Positions 31,017 to 41,416 of a stretch of DNA of 55,575 nt are shown one piece after another. How positions within the stretch are numbered: position 1 is the first letter of the stretch; every line of letters starts with the position of its first letter. Origin of the DNA: an uncultured Mycoplasmatota bacterium (GTDB lineage: Bacteria > Bacillota_I > Bacilli_A > RF39 > UBA660); the NCBI GenBank assembly GCA_947426265.1, contig CANEDJ010000004.1, positions 1 to 55,575 on the forward strand, written 5' to 3'. The notes below the pieces were generated by a model that was not told the DNA's origin, did no database searches, and saw nothing but the letters and a program-made list of their open reading frames with translations. The position numbers were made by a program, and so were the translations under genes.

Positions 31017-32810
31017 ATGTGTGGAATAGTTGGATATCTAGGCAAACAAGAAAAAACGATATCTATTTTAATTACGGGCTTAAAAGCCTTAGAATATAGA
31101 GGATATGATTCCGCTGGAATTGCATATCAAAAAAACAATAAAATCAAAGTTATAAAATCAGTTGGAAGATTAGAACAATTAGAAAAAAAAGTAAAATTAG
31201 AAAATACAATATTAGGAATAGGACATACAAGATGGGCAACTCATGGAAAAGCTTGCACAACCAATTCTCATCCCCATCAAAGCGGAAATATTACACTTGT
31301 TCATAATGGAATTATAGAAAATTACATAGAATTAAAACAAATGTTAGAAAAAAAGGGATATCAATTCCAAACAGAAACAGATACTGAAGTTGCTGCTGCT
31401 TTTATAGATGATGCTTTTAAAAATTTTAAAAATATGATTAAAGCTTTAAAAAAGGCGAAAGAAAAGTTAAAAGGTTCTTATGCATTTGCTATTATCAATG
31501 ATTTAGAACCAGATACTTTATATGCAATGAAAAAAGAAAGTCCTCTGGTTTTAGGGAAAACAGAAGAGGAATTGTTTTTAGCTTCTGACCCAATGGCAAT
31601 TAGTTCTTATACAAAAGAAATTTGTTATCTAAATGAAGGAAGCATTGTGAAATTAGAAAAAAATAAAGTGACTCTAATAGAAGAAAAAGAGACTCATCCT
31701 ATTTGGAAAACGCTCCATATTGAAAATTGTAACAATGACAAAAATGGATATGCTCATTATATGTTAAAAGAAATTTATGAACAGCCTGATGTCATTTACA
31801 ATATCATAACTCCATTTTTAAAAGATCCTGAGATGGAATTCAAAAAATTGCCTAACTTTTCTAAGTACAACAAAATTCAAATTGTCGCTTGTGGAAGTGC
31901 CTACCATACTGGGTTAGTTGGAAAATGGATGATAGAAACATACGCTAGTATTCCTGTTGAAGTTGAAATCGCCAGTGAGTATCGATATAAAAAAGTATTT
32001 TATGATAAAAAAACTTTAGTGATTGTTGTTTCACAATCTGGAGAAACTGCTGATACCTTAGCATCTCTTAGAAAAGCAAATAAAGATCACATTGATACCC
32101 TTGCTCTAGTAAATGTTATTACTAGTACAATTGCAAGAGAGGCAAAATATATACTTCCTTTAAAAGCTGGCTCTGAAATAGCGGTTGCAACTACAAAGGC
32201 TTATTTGGCTCAGCTAGCCCTCTTTTCTCTCATTACCCTGAAATTGAAATTAGAGCAAAGTTCTAATATGGAAGAAATCATTCCATTATTAAGCGCTTTT
32301 CAAAAACTTCCATTAAAAATGAAAAAGTTATTGGAAAATTTAAAAACCAAAGACATTGCTTATAAAATTTATAAGCACAATGACATATTCTTTTTAGGAA
32401 GAAGTATTGATTACGCTATTTGCATGGAAGCATCTTTAAAACTAAAAGAGATTTCATACATTCATAGTGAAGCTTATGCTGCAGGGGAACTAAAACACGG
32501 AACCATTTCATTAATTGAAGAAAAAACACCAGTTTTATCTTTGGTCACTGATTCGTCTATTCAAGAAAAAACTATCAGTAATATCAAAGAAGTAAAAGCT
32601 AGAGGAGCATATTCTATCGTAGTTACAAATCAAAAGCTTGAAGAATGTGATTATTGTGATGATTTCATTATAGTTCCTTCTACAGAGCCTTTATTTCAAC
32701 CTATTTTAAATATTATTCCATTTCAACTGCTTGCTTATGAAATTGCTCTTTTAAGAGGCTGTGATATTGATAAACCTAAAAATTTAGCCAAATCAGTAAC
32801 AGTAGAATAA
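31017..32810 (+). CDS. glmS: Glutamine-fructose-6-phosphate aminotransferase
   Basis: True start MCGIVG at 31017; EYRGYDSAG, GHTRWATHG, SQSGETADT and NLAKSVTVE motifs. Confidence 0.99.
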   Translation: MCGIVGYLGKQEKTISILITGLKALEYRGYDSAGIAYQKNNKIKVIKSVGRLEQLEKKVKLENTILGIGHTRWATHGKACTTNSHPHQSGNITLVHNGIIENYIELKQMLEKKGYQFQTETDTEVAAAFIDDAFKNFKNMIKALKKAKEKLKGSYAFAIINDLEPDTLYAMKKESPLVLGKTEEELFLASDPMAISSYTKEICYLNEGSIVKLEKNKVTLIEEKETHPIWKTLHIENCNNDKNGYAHYMLKEIYEQPDVIYNIITPFLKDPEMEFKKLPNFSKYNKIQIVACGSAYHTGLVGKWMIETYASIPVEVEIASEYRYKKVFYDKKTLVIVVSQSGETADTLASLRKANKDHIDTLALVNVITSTIAREAKYILPLKAGSEIAVATTKAYLAQLALFSLITLKLKLEQSSNMEEIIPLLSAFQKLPLKMKKLLENLKTKDIAYKIYKHNDIFFLGRSIDYAICMEASLKLKEISYIHSEAYAAGELKHGTISLIEEKTPVLSLVTDSSIQEKTISNIKEVKARGAYSIVVTNQKLEECDYCDDFIIVPSTEPLFQPILNIIPFQLLAYEIALLRGCDIDKPKNLAKSVTVE

Positions 32811-32817
32811 ATTCATC

Positions 32818-32851
32818 AAAAAACTATTGTAGTTAAATACAATAGTTTTTT
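32818..32851. terminator. Bidirectional terminator
   Basis: AAAAAACTATTGTA-6 nt-TACAATAGTTTTTT between convergent genes. Confidence 0.8.
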
Positions 32852-33737
32852 ATCTTTGTAAGCGTTTCACATGGGCAAGCTCTATTTCATCACTTGTAAA
32901 TCGATCTATATAATGAAACATAGCATTGGCATCATCTACAATATCACGTCCTTGCACATTCATTTCACTTGGCTGACAAATGACAATATCATTATCTTTT
33001 AAATCAATGATTCTTCGAATTGTATAATCATCAGAAGTGGCTCCATATCCCTCTGTCCATGGATAAGTAATATCAGGAGTCTGCTCTCTTAATCGAAAGA
33101 CAAGTCGCCTTAAAAATGAAGGGTTACATAAAGGAAAATACAGTTTCTGTACATTTAATCTTTCTCCAGGATGTTTCACATGAAATTTTGCATAATGAAC
33201 TTGTCCATTTTTTTCAGACATCGTAAAGATGTTTAGTCCAACAGTAAACCCCATATTTTCTAAAATTTCAGCAAGACATAATGTAATTGCTCCTCTATTA
33301 TAAATCTGCCCAGTTGAAACTGAACCTAAAATAGCAGAATTATAATATATGTCAATATGCCTTCTTTTTGGATTTTGCTTGTTCAGCATAGAAAGAGGAT
33401 TTCCTTCTAAATATGCTTTTACATCAGGAGCATAACCGACATAAAAATTATATTGCTTACTTCTTTTTCTAGATAATTTAATATATTTTTCTAAAGAAGT
33501 TTTTAATTCAACTAGCTTATCAAAATTCTCATGATATCCATACTTACAAAATTCTTTGGCTTCTGCTAAAGATCTAGTTTGACAAAAATCAAAATCCCCT
33601 GTTTCACTTCCCAGATCTCTATATCCCCAAATGCTAGAATTGATTGGTGCATGATCTAAATATTCAATAAATTCAATCAAAGAACCAAATGAATATTCCA
33701 TAACATCTAATTCACCCTTTTTATAATATTGATACAT
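32850..33737 (-). CDS. Degenerate vWA-like partner of the AAA+ ATPase
   Basis: GYAPDVKAYLEGNPLSM then a beta-alpha unit (IDIYYNSAILGSVS..IYNRGA) where a MIDAS DxSxS would be; PSFLRRL motif; 1 bp from the ATPase stop. Confidence 0.65.
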   Translation of the reverse strand: MYQYYKKGELDVMEYSFGSLIEFIEYLDHAPINSSIWGYRDLGSETGDFDFCQTRSLAEAKEFCKYGYHENFDKLVELKTSLEKYIKLSRKRSKQYNFYVGYAPDVKAYLEGNPLSMLNKQNPKRRHIDIYYNSAILGSVSTGQIYNRGAITLCLAEILENMGFTVGLNIFTMSEKNGQVHYAKFHVKHPGERLNVQKLYFPLCNPSFLRRLVFRLREQTPDITYPWTEGYGATSDDYTIRRIIDLKDNDIVICQPSEMNVQGRDIVDDANAMFHYIDRFTSDEIELAHVKRLQR

Positions 33738-33738
33738 A

Positions 33739-35478
33739 TTATCTACTAAGCCTCAACTGTTTAATACCTTCATAAAATTTGTTATCAGAACGAATATCTT
33801 GCATATTTCCTATAATAACATTAATATCATCTTGACCAAGATTTTTGATAACATTAGAAGTTAAAATATAAGGTACAGGAATACCATTAATTTCTTTTTT
33901 ATATACTTTTCCAATTCCACGAGTTGAAACAATATGAGGAACTTTAGATTGATAAACTGCATTTCTAAACGCCCACATAAATTGTAAGACTTCATCATTT
34001 GGATATAAAGCTTGCTCTAAGTTCTTATCATAATCAAAGAAAATATTGTCAAACCGATCTAAGGTAGCACCATCTAATGCATTTCTTCCAACATATTGTA
34101 AGTCTGCTCCTTTTCCCCAAGTATTGGCCGCTGCTATAATTCTAAAGTCTGGATGTCTATCAATTGTTTCATGTGGAAATGCCATATATCCATTTGCAAG
34201 TGCGGAATTGATTACAATCAGTGCAGATGGATCAGAATTATCAATTTCATCTAGGAAAAAAACACCACCATTTTTAAATGCTTTATAAAATTCAGTATCT
34301 CGGTAATTTCCTCCAGCATCAATAAAGCCAGTCAATTTAAATTCATTAGATGCATTATTGGTATAATACATATGTAAACCTAAAGCATCTGCTACTTGAG
34401 ATATCGCAACATTCTTTCCACTTCCCGCTGGTCCAATTAACATAATTGGTTCATCTAATTGTGTTTGCGTTAATATCTGCTCAAATCTTTCATGATAAAA
34501 TCCGCCTTGAGTTTTTCCTAAAATAACATCATTTAACTTAATAATATGAGTGATTGGAACCGTTATCTGACTGGCATAATCACTTAGTTTTTCATTAAAT
34601 AATTCATTTAACTGCGTTGTAATTTCATGTTCTATACTATATTCTTCTATCGTTCTCCTTATAATCTGTAAAATCTGAGTCTTAAGTTCCTTATCCAATT
34701 CATTAAAAACATAATCGCTTATCTTTTTTTTAGGATCTTGTGATAACAAATAAGCCTCTACATTTTCTTCTATTTTTGCTCTAACAGCACTATCTGTAAC
34801 TTGAACAAGCAAAGCATTTAATCCTTCAATTAAAGAAGTTGCATTTTCTCTAGTATTTTTAATTAAAGAAGTGTCCTTTTTAAAAGGTCTCCCATCCAAA
34901 GTAAAAATTTCTCCATTTCTCATATAAGTGTTTGGTTCCATTTCTACTATATCTTCACAAAATTGTTTCAATAACTCTTTATTATTAGAAAACATAACTT
35001 CAGAATTTTTTCTTGTATAACCATAATATAAATGTGTAAATTCATTTATTGGTTCTGAAACACCAGCAATCAGTGAATTCGTGTTTCTATCCCAAACAGC
35101 AGAACAAAAATGCATATAGGATTTTAGTTTCTCAAAAAAATCTGTTTTATATTCACGATACATATAATTGGTAAGACGTTGATATCTGTCTTCATCACTA
35201 ATGCTATATTTTGAATATGCTCTAACTGCGGCCCTAATCTCTGATTGGATATATCCATTAACAGTGAGAATTCCTGTATCACCTTCCCAATGCGGATCTC
35301 GATCATCTTCATAATCAGCATAAACAATTTTAGAAAAAATTAAATTATCTCCTATTTTTGATCTTACAGTATAAGACTGTGGACAAATGTTTCTAAGAGC
35401 ACTAACAATATCATTCAGATTAATATCCACGCCTTTATACGCAATAAACCATTTTCCTGTTTTTTCACTATATTCCAT
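33739..35478 (-). CDS. MoxR/CbbQ/CobS-type AAA+ ATPase with N-terminal Ntn-like domain and helical linker
   Basis: GPAGSGKN, FFLDEID, AANT and ATLDRF motifs in the C-terminal ~250 aa; N-domain AVWDRNTNSLIA...LYYGY...VMFSN. Confidence 0.85.
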   Translation of the reverse strand: MEYSEKTGKWFIAYKGVDINLNDIVSALRNICPQSYTVRSKIGDNLIFSKIVYADYEDDRDPHWEGDTGILTVNGYIQSEIRAAVRAYSKYSISDEDRYQRLTNYMYREYKTDFFEKLKSYMHFCSAVWDRNTNSLIAGVSEPINEFTHLYYGYTRKNSEVMFSNNKELLKQFCEDIVEMEPNTYMRNGEIFTLDGRPFKKDTSLIKNTRENATSLIEGLNALLVQVTDSAVRAKIEENVEAYLLSQDPKKKISDYVFNELDKELKTQILQIIRRTIEEYSIEHEITTQLNELFNEKLSDYASQITVPITHIIKLNDVILGKTQGGFYHERFEQILTQTQLDEPIMLIGPAGSGKNVAISQVADALGLHMYYTNNASNEFKLTGFIDAGGNYRDTEFYKAFKNGGVFFLDEIDNSDPSALIVINSALANGYMAFPHETIDRHPDFRIIAAANTWGKGADLQYVGRNALDGATLDRFDNIFFDYDKNLEQALYPNDEVLQFMWAFRNAVYQSKVPHIVSTRGIGKVYKKEINGIPVPYILTSNVIKNLGQDDINVIIGNMQDIRSDNKFYEGIKQLRLSR

Positions 35479-35494
35479 AATATCCCCCCACTAT

Positions 35495-35517
35495 TCTCAA
35501 AGTAGAATACTTTGAGA
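35495..35517. repeat. 23-bp palindrome, copy 1
   Basis: TCTCAAAGTA-GAA-TACTTTGAGA. Confidence 0.9.
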
Positions 35518-35536
35518 TTTATCTCTGACACGTTAT

Positions 35537-35564
35537 ATAATACCATTTTTTACCAATTTGTCAA
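35537..35564 (-). promoter_or_regulatory. Sigma-A promoter of the AAA-vWA operon
   Basis: TTGACA-16 bp-TATTAT with extended TG. Confidence 0.7.
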
Positions 35565-35635
35565 ATGTAACTTTTTTCAGAGACTGTTTCAGGCTATTCT
35601 TTTTCTTCTTTGTTTGCCTAAAGTTATCTATTTTT

Positions 35636-35658
35636 TCTCAAAGTATTCTACTTTGGGA
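35636..35658. repeat. 23-bp palindrome, copy 2 (inverted relative to copy 1, one mismatch)
   Basis: TCTCAAAGTA-TTC-TACTTTGGGA. Confidence 0.9.
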
Positions 35659-35706
35659 TCTTAATTCAATAAAAAAACAAATGTTTTAAAATATACATTT
35701 GTTTTT

Positions 35707-38700
35707 TTATACCTCTTTATAAGTTTCATCAAGCAAAGAATATAAAATCCCTTTCGCTTTTTTTCCTAATCTTTTTTCTACTACTTTCCTATATCCTTTT
35801 ACTTGTTCTTGATAAGAGGTCTTTTCAATATTCTTTAGTTTATAATCAATAATGTAACATATATCTTGATCTTCGATCAACAAGTCAATTATGCCATGAA
35901 ACTCAATATCACTATCCATATCTATAATTTCTAATTCTTGATAAAAAATAGGAGATTTTAAATTAGACCAAAAATCAGCTTGAAAAAATGCTTTTAATTT
36001 TTGATATTCAAAATTAGACAATTCCATTTTTTCTAAACTTTCTTCAATATGATTATAATCCACATATTGAAGACATTCATGCAATTTAATTCCAAGATCT
36101 AATCTATCTTGCTCTTTCTCATCTACAATATGATAGCTTTTTGAGAATGTTTTCTCTTCTAATTTCTTTTTCTGAATACTTAAATTAATATAATTACTTT
36201 TTTGATTGGATTTTTCTAATAGCGACTCATAATTTGTCTCTTTTAATTGCTCATACTTTTTCGTCAATAAAAGATTATCTAATGAACAAGGAATTATATA
36301 TGGCTTCAGTTTCGATTTGATAGATAATAAAATGTCATAAAAACATTTATATTTTAAACGTATTTTTGAATCAACAAAATCATCAAAACTAGTTGCTTCC
36401 TTATCACTCAAATTGGTTACAAAAATCATTTTTTCTTTTGCTCGTGAAAGTGCTACATAAAAAACTCGAATTCGCTCTGAAATATCTTCCTTATTCCATT
36501 CTTCTTTTAACAATTCTTTATAGAAATTTTCTCTGATTCCTTCATCAAAATGAGGAACAATAAATCCAAACTTCTGATCAAATAAAAATCGATCTTTTAA
36601 ATCAGCCTTAGAAAACTTTTTCCCTAATCCTGCATAATAACAAATATGATACTCTAATCCTTTAGACTTATGAATTGTCATTAAATTAACTGAATTACTA
36701 TCTGCTTCTTGATTTCTACTAAAAGTAATGTCAGTTTCTCCTTTTATTGCTTCTTCTAAATAATAAATAAAATCAAATATTTGATATCCCATTTTTTCTA
36801 AATTTCTAGAAACATCTAATAAGTAATCTAATTTTATACTAAGAAACTCAATGTTTTGCAATTTCAATATCGCCTGATACATATCAAATTCTTGATAAAT
36901 TTGGTTCAACAATTCTGATAAAGTATGTGTTTTTGAATATTCTGCCAATCCCTGCATTTTTTGATGTAATTCATAAACAGGAGACGAATTCAGGTTTAAG
37001 GACTCTTGAAAATTATCTTTATGTTCCATAAAAAATTCAAATAATTCTTCATCTTTTATATCTGCAACAAATGATCTAGATACACTCATCACCGAATATT
37101 GTAAATGATCTTTCGCATAATTAAAATCCAATATAGAATAAATCCATTTCATCATATTTTCTATTACAAAGATCTCATCTGAATAAACAAAATCTTCATC
37201 TTTATGTATCAACAAAGGAATTCCTAAATAAGTAAATATTTTCTTATATAAATCAAATGAAGTTTTGCGATCTAAAAGAATGGAGAAATCATTATAAGCA
37301 ATATTTCTTAATTCGTGGTTATCTTTATCATAAACTTGGTAGTGACTCTCTACTTTTTTTTGAATATCATTTGCAATAATAAAAGCTTCTATTTCTTCTG
37401 GTCTATACGTTCTTGCATATTCCGTTTCCTTATACTGATAATCTAATATTTCAAAGTGATAGTTTTGAACAGTTTTTCCGCCTTTTTCATACTCTTCATT
37501 TCCAAATACCATTGCATGACCTGATTTATAATCTGCGCCACCAATTTCTTGATCCATAAATTTTTCAAACAAAAAGTTAATATCTTCCAAGACTTCTTTT
37601 CTAGAACGAAAGTTTTTATTTAAATCTATTTTTTCACCATTTTGATGAATACTATAACTACTATATTTATCCATAAAAATACTTGGATTTGCATTTCTAA
37701 ATCGATAGATTGATTGTTTGATGTCACCAACCATATACACATTATGATTTGCAATTAAAGAAATAAAATAATCGCCAATATCATTTGTATCCTGATATTC
37801 ATCAATCATAATTTCATTCGTATTCTCTTTTATTTGATTAGCTATAAAAGGAAATTCTTCTAATAATGTAATAGCAAGTCTTCCAATATCCGAAAATTCA
37901 TACAAGCTTTCTTTTTTCTTATAATCAAATAATTCTTTATCGAACTCTTTCAAAATAGAAATCAAAGTTTCTACTGTTTCTCTTGTATCATAAATAGAAC
38001 TTTTTAAAGAGATTCTGTTTTCATAGATACAAAGTTCTTTTAATCGAATAAAATGCTCTTTTAATGAATCATAAATTTCTTTCATTTTTAAAAGTTCTTG
38101 TTCCTCTATTTTTTTACTTCTTGTAAATGAGGGAAGCGAAACCGTTGATATCACTTTATAATCATCATAATTCGCACATGCGTACAGTGGTTCTAAAACC
38201 TCCCCTATACGCAAAACAAATTCTATTCCAACAGGATGATTCACATTGCTTTTTAAATCAGCCAACGAACTTAAAATTTCCTCTTTTTCCTCCTCTAAAA
38301 TCTTTTCGTATTGTTTCACTTTTTCTTCAATAAAAGATTCTTCGTAATATTTTTCTAAATAAGTATCTAAATATTCTTTTTTATGAGCAATCGATTCTAA
38401 GGAATCATTCAATTTTAAACATATGCTTTTCATCTTGTCATCGTCTTTTATTGTAAATGTATCTAACAATTTTAAAAAACCCAAATCTTTTCTCTGATAA
38501 AAATTGTGAAATACATCATCAATGAGTTCTTTTTTCTTCATTCCTAACACAATATTATCAGCAATTCCAATATCCTTTTTTATTCCTAATAAATAATGAT
38601 ATTTTTTCACAAGTGATAGACTATAACTATCAAATGTTGTAATAGCTGCACTGTCAATTTTTTCTAATTCCTTTTCAAGGCCTTTATTTCCATTTTCAAT

Positions 38701-38943
38701 TTCTTTCTTTATCTTTTTTCTTACTCTAGTCTTCATTTCAAAGGCTGCAGCCTTTGTAAATGTCAAAACAACCAAAGATGAAATTGAAACGCCTCTCTTT
38801 AGTTTTTCTATAATTCGCTCTGTTAAAACAGCCGTTTTTCCACTTCCTGCTCCTGCACTTACAATAATATTATTGCCATCTTTATAAATAGCTTCCCATT
38901 GTTCCTCAGTCCATGTCGCATTTGCTGGTTTTATTGGTATCAT
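35707..38943 (-). CDS. addA: AddA-like UvrD helicase/nuclease
   Basis: AGAGSGKT, TFTKAAA, IDEYQD, VGDIKQSIYRFR, TIHKSKGLE and C-terminal GIIDL..IIDYK motifs; start MIPIK at 38943 after GGAGG. Confidence 0.92.
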   Translation of the reverse strand: MIPIKPANATWTEEQWEAIYKDGNNIIVSAGAGSGKTAVLTERIIEKLKRGVSISSLVVLTFTKAAAFEMKTRVRKKIKKEIENGNKGLEKELEKIDSAAITTFDSYSLSLVKKYHYLLGIKKDIGIADNIVLGMKKKELIDDVFHNFYQRKDLGFLKLLDTFTIKDDDKMKSICLKLNDSLESIAHKKEYLDTYLEKYYEESFIEEKVKQYEKILEEEKEEILSSLADLKSNVNHPVGIEFVLRIGEVLEPLYACANYDDYKVISTVSLPSFTRSKKIEEQELLKMKEIYDSLKEHFIRLKELCIYENRISLKSSIYDTRETVETLISILKEFDKELFDYKKKESLYEFSDIGRLAITLLEEFPFIANQIKENTNEIMIDEYQDTNDIGDYFISLIANHNVYMVGDIKQSIYRFRNANPSIFMDKYSSYSIHQNGEKIDLNKNFRSRKEVLEDINFLFEKFMDQEIGGADYKSGHAMVFGNEEYEKGGKTVQNYHFEILDYQYKETEYARTYRPEEIEAFIIANDIQKKVESHYQVYDKDNHELRNIAYNDFSILLDRKTSFDLYKKIFTYLGIPLLIHKDEDFVYSDEIFVIENMMKWIYSILDFNYAKDHLQYSVMSVSRSFVADIKDEELFEFFMEHKDNFQESLNLNSSPVYELHQKMQGLAEYSKTHTLSELLNQIYQEFDMYQAILKLQNIEFLSIKLDYLLDVSRNLEKMGYQIFDFIYYLEEAIKGETDITFSRNQEADSNSVNLMTIHKSKGLEYHICYYAGLGKKFSKADLKDRFLFDQKFGFIVPHFDEGIRENFYKELLKEEWNKEDISERIRVFYVALSRAKEKMIFVTNLSDKEATSFDDFVDSKIRLKYKCFYDILLSIKSKLKPYIIPCSLDNLLLTKKYEQLKETNYESLLEKSNQKSNYINLSIQKKKLEEKTFSKSYHIVDEKEQDRLDLGIKLHECLQYVDYNHIEESLEKMELSNFEYQKLKAFFQADFWSNLKSPIFYQELEIIDMDSDIEFHGIIDLLIEDQDICYIIDYKLKNIEKTSYQEQVKGYRKVVEKRLGKKAKGILYSLLDETYKEV

Positions 38944-41341
38944 TCTTTTCACCTCCTAAAAACTCTAAATCTTTATATTCTTTTAATCGAACTACATTTT
39001 TGGGTTTTAAATAACAGATATCTCGATAGGAACAATAACTACAACTACTAACTTGTTCTTTAAATTCACTTGAAAATTTTTTAGGTGCAATAGGAAAATC
39101 AGCATTTTCTACTGCATTTTCTACTTCCCTAATATTCTTTTCTACAACCTTTAACAATTCTTTTAACGTCTCTTCTTCTAGCAAACGATTTGATGCATAA
39201 AAATCTCCATCTTTTTTTACTCTCACACCCTTAATATAACTAGAAATTTTATAATGTGTATCTAGCCTACTTATAAATTCAGTTCGTTTTAAACTAATAC
39301 CATCTAGCTTACTTTGCTCAAATAGCAAATCTTCTAAAGTTTTCCCTTCTACATAATTTGGAAGAACAGCTGCAATGGATTCAATATAAGCCCCTCCTAA
39401 TTTATAATTTTGAAACTTCTTTTCTTTTGAAATCAAATATAAATAAATTAATAATTGCATGTTCATTCCATAAATCACTTTAGATAAATCGCTAGTTGCA
39501 AATCCAGTTTTATAATCAACTACAATGACATAAGAGTTTTCTCCATCATCAACTGTTAAAATTTTATCAATTTTTCCAAATATTTTAAATGTGATGTTTT
39601 TTCCTTCCGTCCATTCAATCGTTTCTTCAAAAAAAGTTGGTTTAAACTCTGAATGAGCAAGCTGAGTATCCATGATTTTGATAAGTTTTCTAATTTCTAA
39701 TTCATATTTTTGCAAATAAAAGTTTCTTTTTTCTATTGGAAACATTTCTATTTGCTCTAATTCTTTTTTGATAATATCGTCCAAATCATTTTCTTTCTTA
39801 TAATATTTTTCCAAAATTGAATGAAATAAATTTCCAACAATCAAACTAGTACTTTCTATAAATGGTGGAACAACTTTCAAAATTGAGCCAATATAGTATT
39901 TAAATGGGCATTCGAAAAATTTCTGCATACTTGTATAAGATAAAACAACATAAGGAACATATTTTTCAAATAGGGATTTATGAATTCCTGTAAATTGGTT
40001 GTCATATTCTCCATAATAAATTGTTTCAAGGCCATATCTGTTGAGCAAGTCCACTGTCTTATGATTAAAATTGATAAATTCATCTAAAGAAGAATTTAAA
40101 AGATAGGTATTATAATTCTGATTGGTATAATGATATTCTCCTTTTTCTATCTCATATAACTCTAAAAAAGTTGATTTTAAATATTCCTTAAAAGGACTCT
40201 TTCTTTTGAAACTCAAAAATATATGAGGAAGTGCTTCTATTTTTCTCACAACTTTTTGTTCTTCTCCTATTGTTTTCTCTAAAGATGTTGAAAGCGCCAA
40301 AAGCATTTTCTGATCATCACTAAAATAATCAGTATCTTCATAAATCATTGGAAATTCTCCTAAATTAACTCCCATCAAGAAAATATAATCATCTTCTTGA
40401 AAAGCAGTTGATAAGAAGTCAACTTCTTTTACCACATTATAATAGTTTTCTTTCTTTATACTTGTCCTTTTTAAATCATAAATCAAGATCTCTTTTATGT
40501 CCAAAAAGGTTTTTGATCCATCATAATATTTATTAAAAATAGACGCGAGCATTTCATAGATCTCAGCATAAAATGGATTTGCTTTTGGATATTTATTTTC
40601 TAATTCTAAAAGTAAAGTTGGCAAAGTTTTTAAAGACGATTCATATGGGATCATCTTTAAAAAATCTTGAACCATTTGATATTCATATAAAGCATGTGAA
40701 TCATAAAGTTCTAAAGGAATACCAAACTGATAAAAAATTTTTGATAAAACGCTTTTATAATCATTATTCAAGGCTCCTAAAAAAATATGATCAGCCGAAA
40801 TTCCTTCCTTTAGTAAGCAAGAAATCTTTTCAGCAGTTCCTACTACTTCTTTTTCTAATGTTTCATATTCTGTCACTTTTGGAAGAAAAGTTGGAGTTAT
40901 CTCTTTTAAATACTCTACTTTAGTATATATGTTCAAAAGAAAAAGAAAAGGTTTCATCTCATAATCTTCATAACCATAAACAAATACATGTGACCTTTTT
41001 AACTGTTCTAAAAAAGCAGGATGTTCCATTATTAATCCTTGTTCTTTTAACCATTCCTTTTTTCGAAATAAATCAGGATCTTGCTCCTCTTTTGTGATAC
41101 TATACATTGCATCTAATAGAATAGCTCCATTTTCTGGAATTAAATAAAATTGATTACAAAGTTTATATAAAGCATCTTTACGATATTCATAAAATAAAAG
41201 CTTTCTTAGTTCAGATAAAGTTAAAAATTGAATATGATAAAAACTTGATTCCTTTGACAATTCTTTTAAAAGTGCCATCTTATAATTGGATGGCGTAATG
41301 ATAATACTATTTTCTTGCTTTACTTTTTCTAATGAGATCAT
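38906..41341 (-). CDS. AddB-like PD-(D/E)XK nuclease (compact)
   Basis: CPF...GKIDK...VDYKTG...CSYCSYRDIC Fe-S nuclease domain; overlaps addA. Confidence 0.85.
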   Translation of the reverse strand: MISLEKVKQENSIIITPSNYKMALLKELSKESSFYHIQFLTLSELRKLLFYEYRKDALYKLCNQFYLIPENGAILLDAMYSITKEEQDPDLFRKKEWLKEQGLIMEHPAFLEQLKRSHVFVYGYEDYEMKPFLFLLNIYTKVEYLKEITPTFLPKVTEYETLEKEVVGTAEKISCLLKEGISADHIFLGALNNDYKSVLSKIFYQFGIPLELYDSHALYEYQMVQDFLKMIPYESSLKTLPTLLLELENKYPKANPFYAEIYEMLASIFNKYYDGSKTFLDIKEILIYDLKRTSIKKENYYNVVKEVDFLSTAFQEDDYIFLMGVNLGEFPMIYEDTDYFSDDQKMLLALSTSLEKTIGEEQKVVRKIEALPHIFLSFKRKSPFKEYLKSTFLELYEIEKGEYHYTNQNYNTYLLNSSLDEFINFNHKTVDLLNRYGLETIYYGEYDNQFTGIHKSLFEKYVPYVVLSYTSMQKFFECPFKYYIGSILKVVPPFIESTSLIVGNLFHSILEKYYKKENDLDDIIKKELEQIEMFPIEKRNFYLQKYELEIRKLIKIMDTQLAHSEFKPTFFEETIEWTEGKNITFKIFGKIDKILTVDDGENSYVIVVDYKTGFATSDLSKVIYGMNMQLLIYLYLISKEKKFQNYKLGGAYIESIAAVLPNYVEGKTLEDLLFEQSKLDGISLKRTEFISRLDTHYKISSYIKGVRVKKDGDFYASNRLLEEETLKELLKVVEKNIREVENAVENADFPIAPKKFSSEFKEQVSSCSYCSYRDICYLKPKNVVRLKEYKDLEFLGGEKNDTNKTSKCDMD

Positions 41342-41416
41342 ACTTTCACCTTCTACTATAAAAAGTATAGCATAGAATACATTTGTTCGTCAATCTAAGA
41401 TAAAAAAAAGCGACCT

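Noticed and set aside
30660-31045. Minus-strand ORFs 30660..30848 and 30845..31045, and the glmS start at 30999
   Set aside because: The ORFs overlap promoters and the ribozyme. GlmS needs Cys at position 2, so the start is 31017.
35495-35658. Palindromes as simple terminators or MITE ends
   Set aside because: No target-site duplication was seen, copy 1 lacks a U tract on the transcribed strand, and addA has its own terminator-like dyad near 35671-35706. An RNA hairpin role for copy 1 is not fully excluded.
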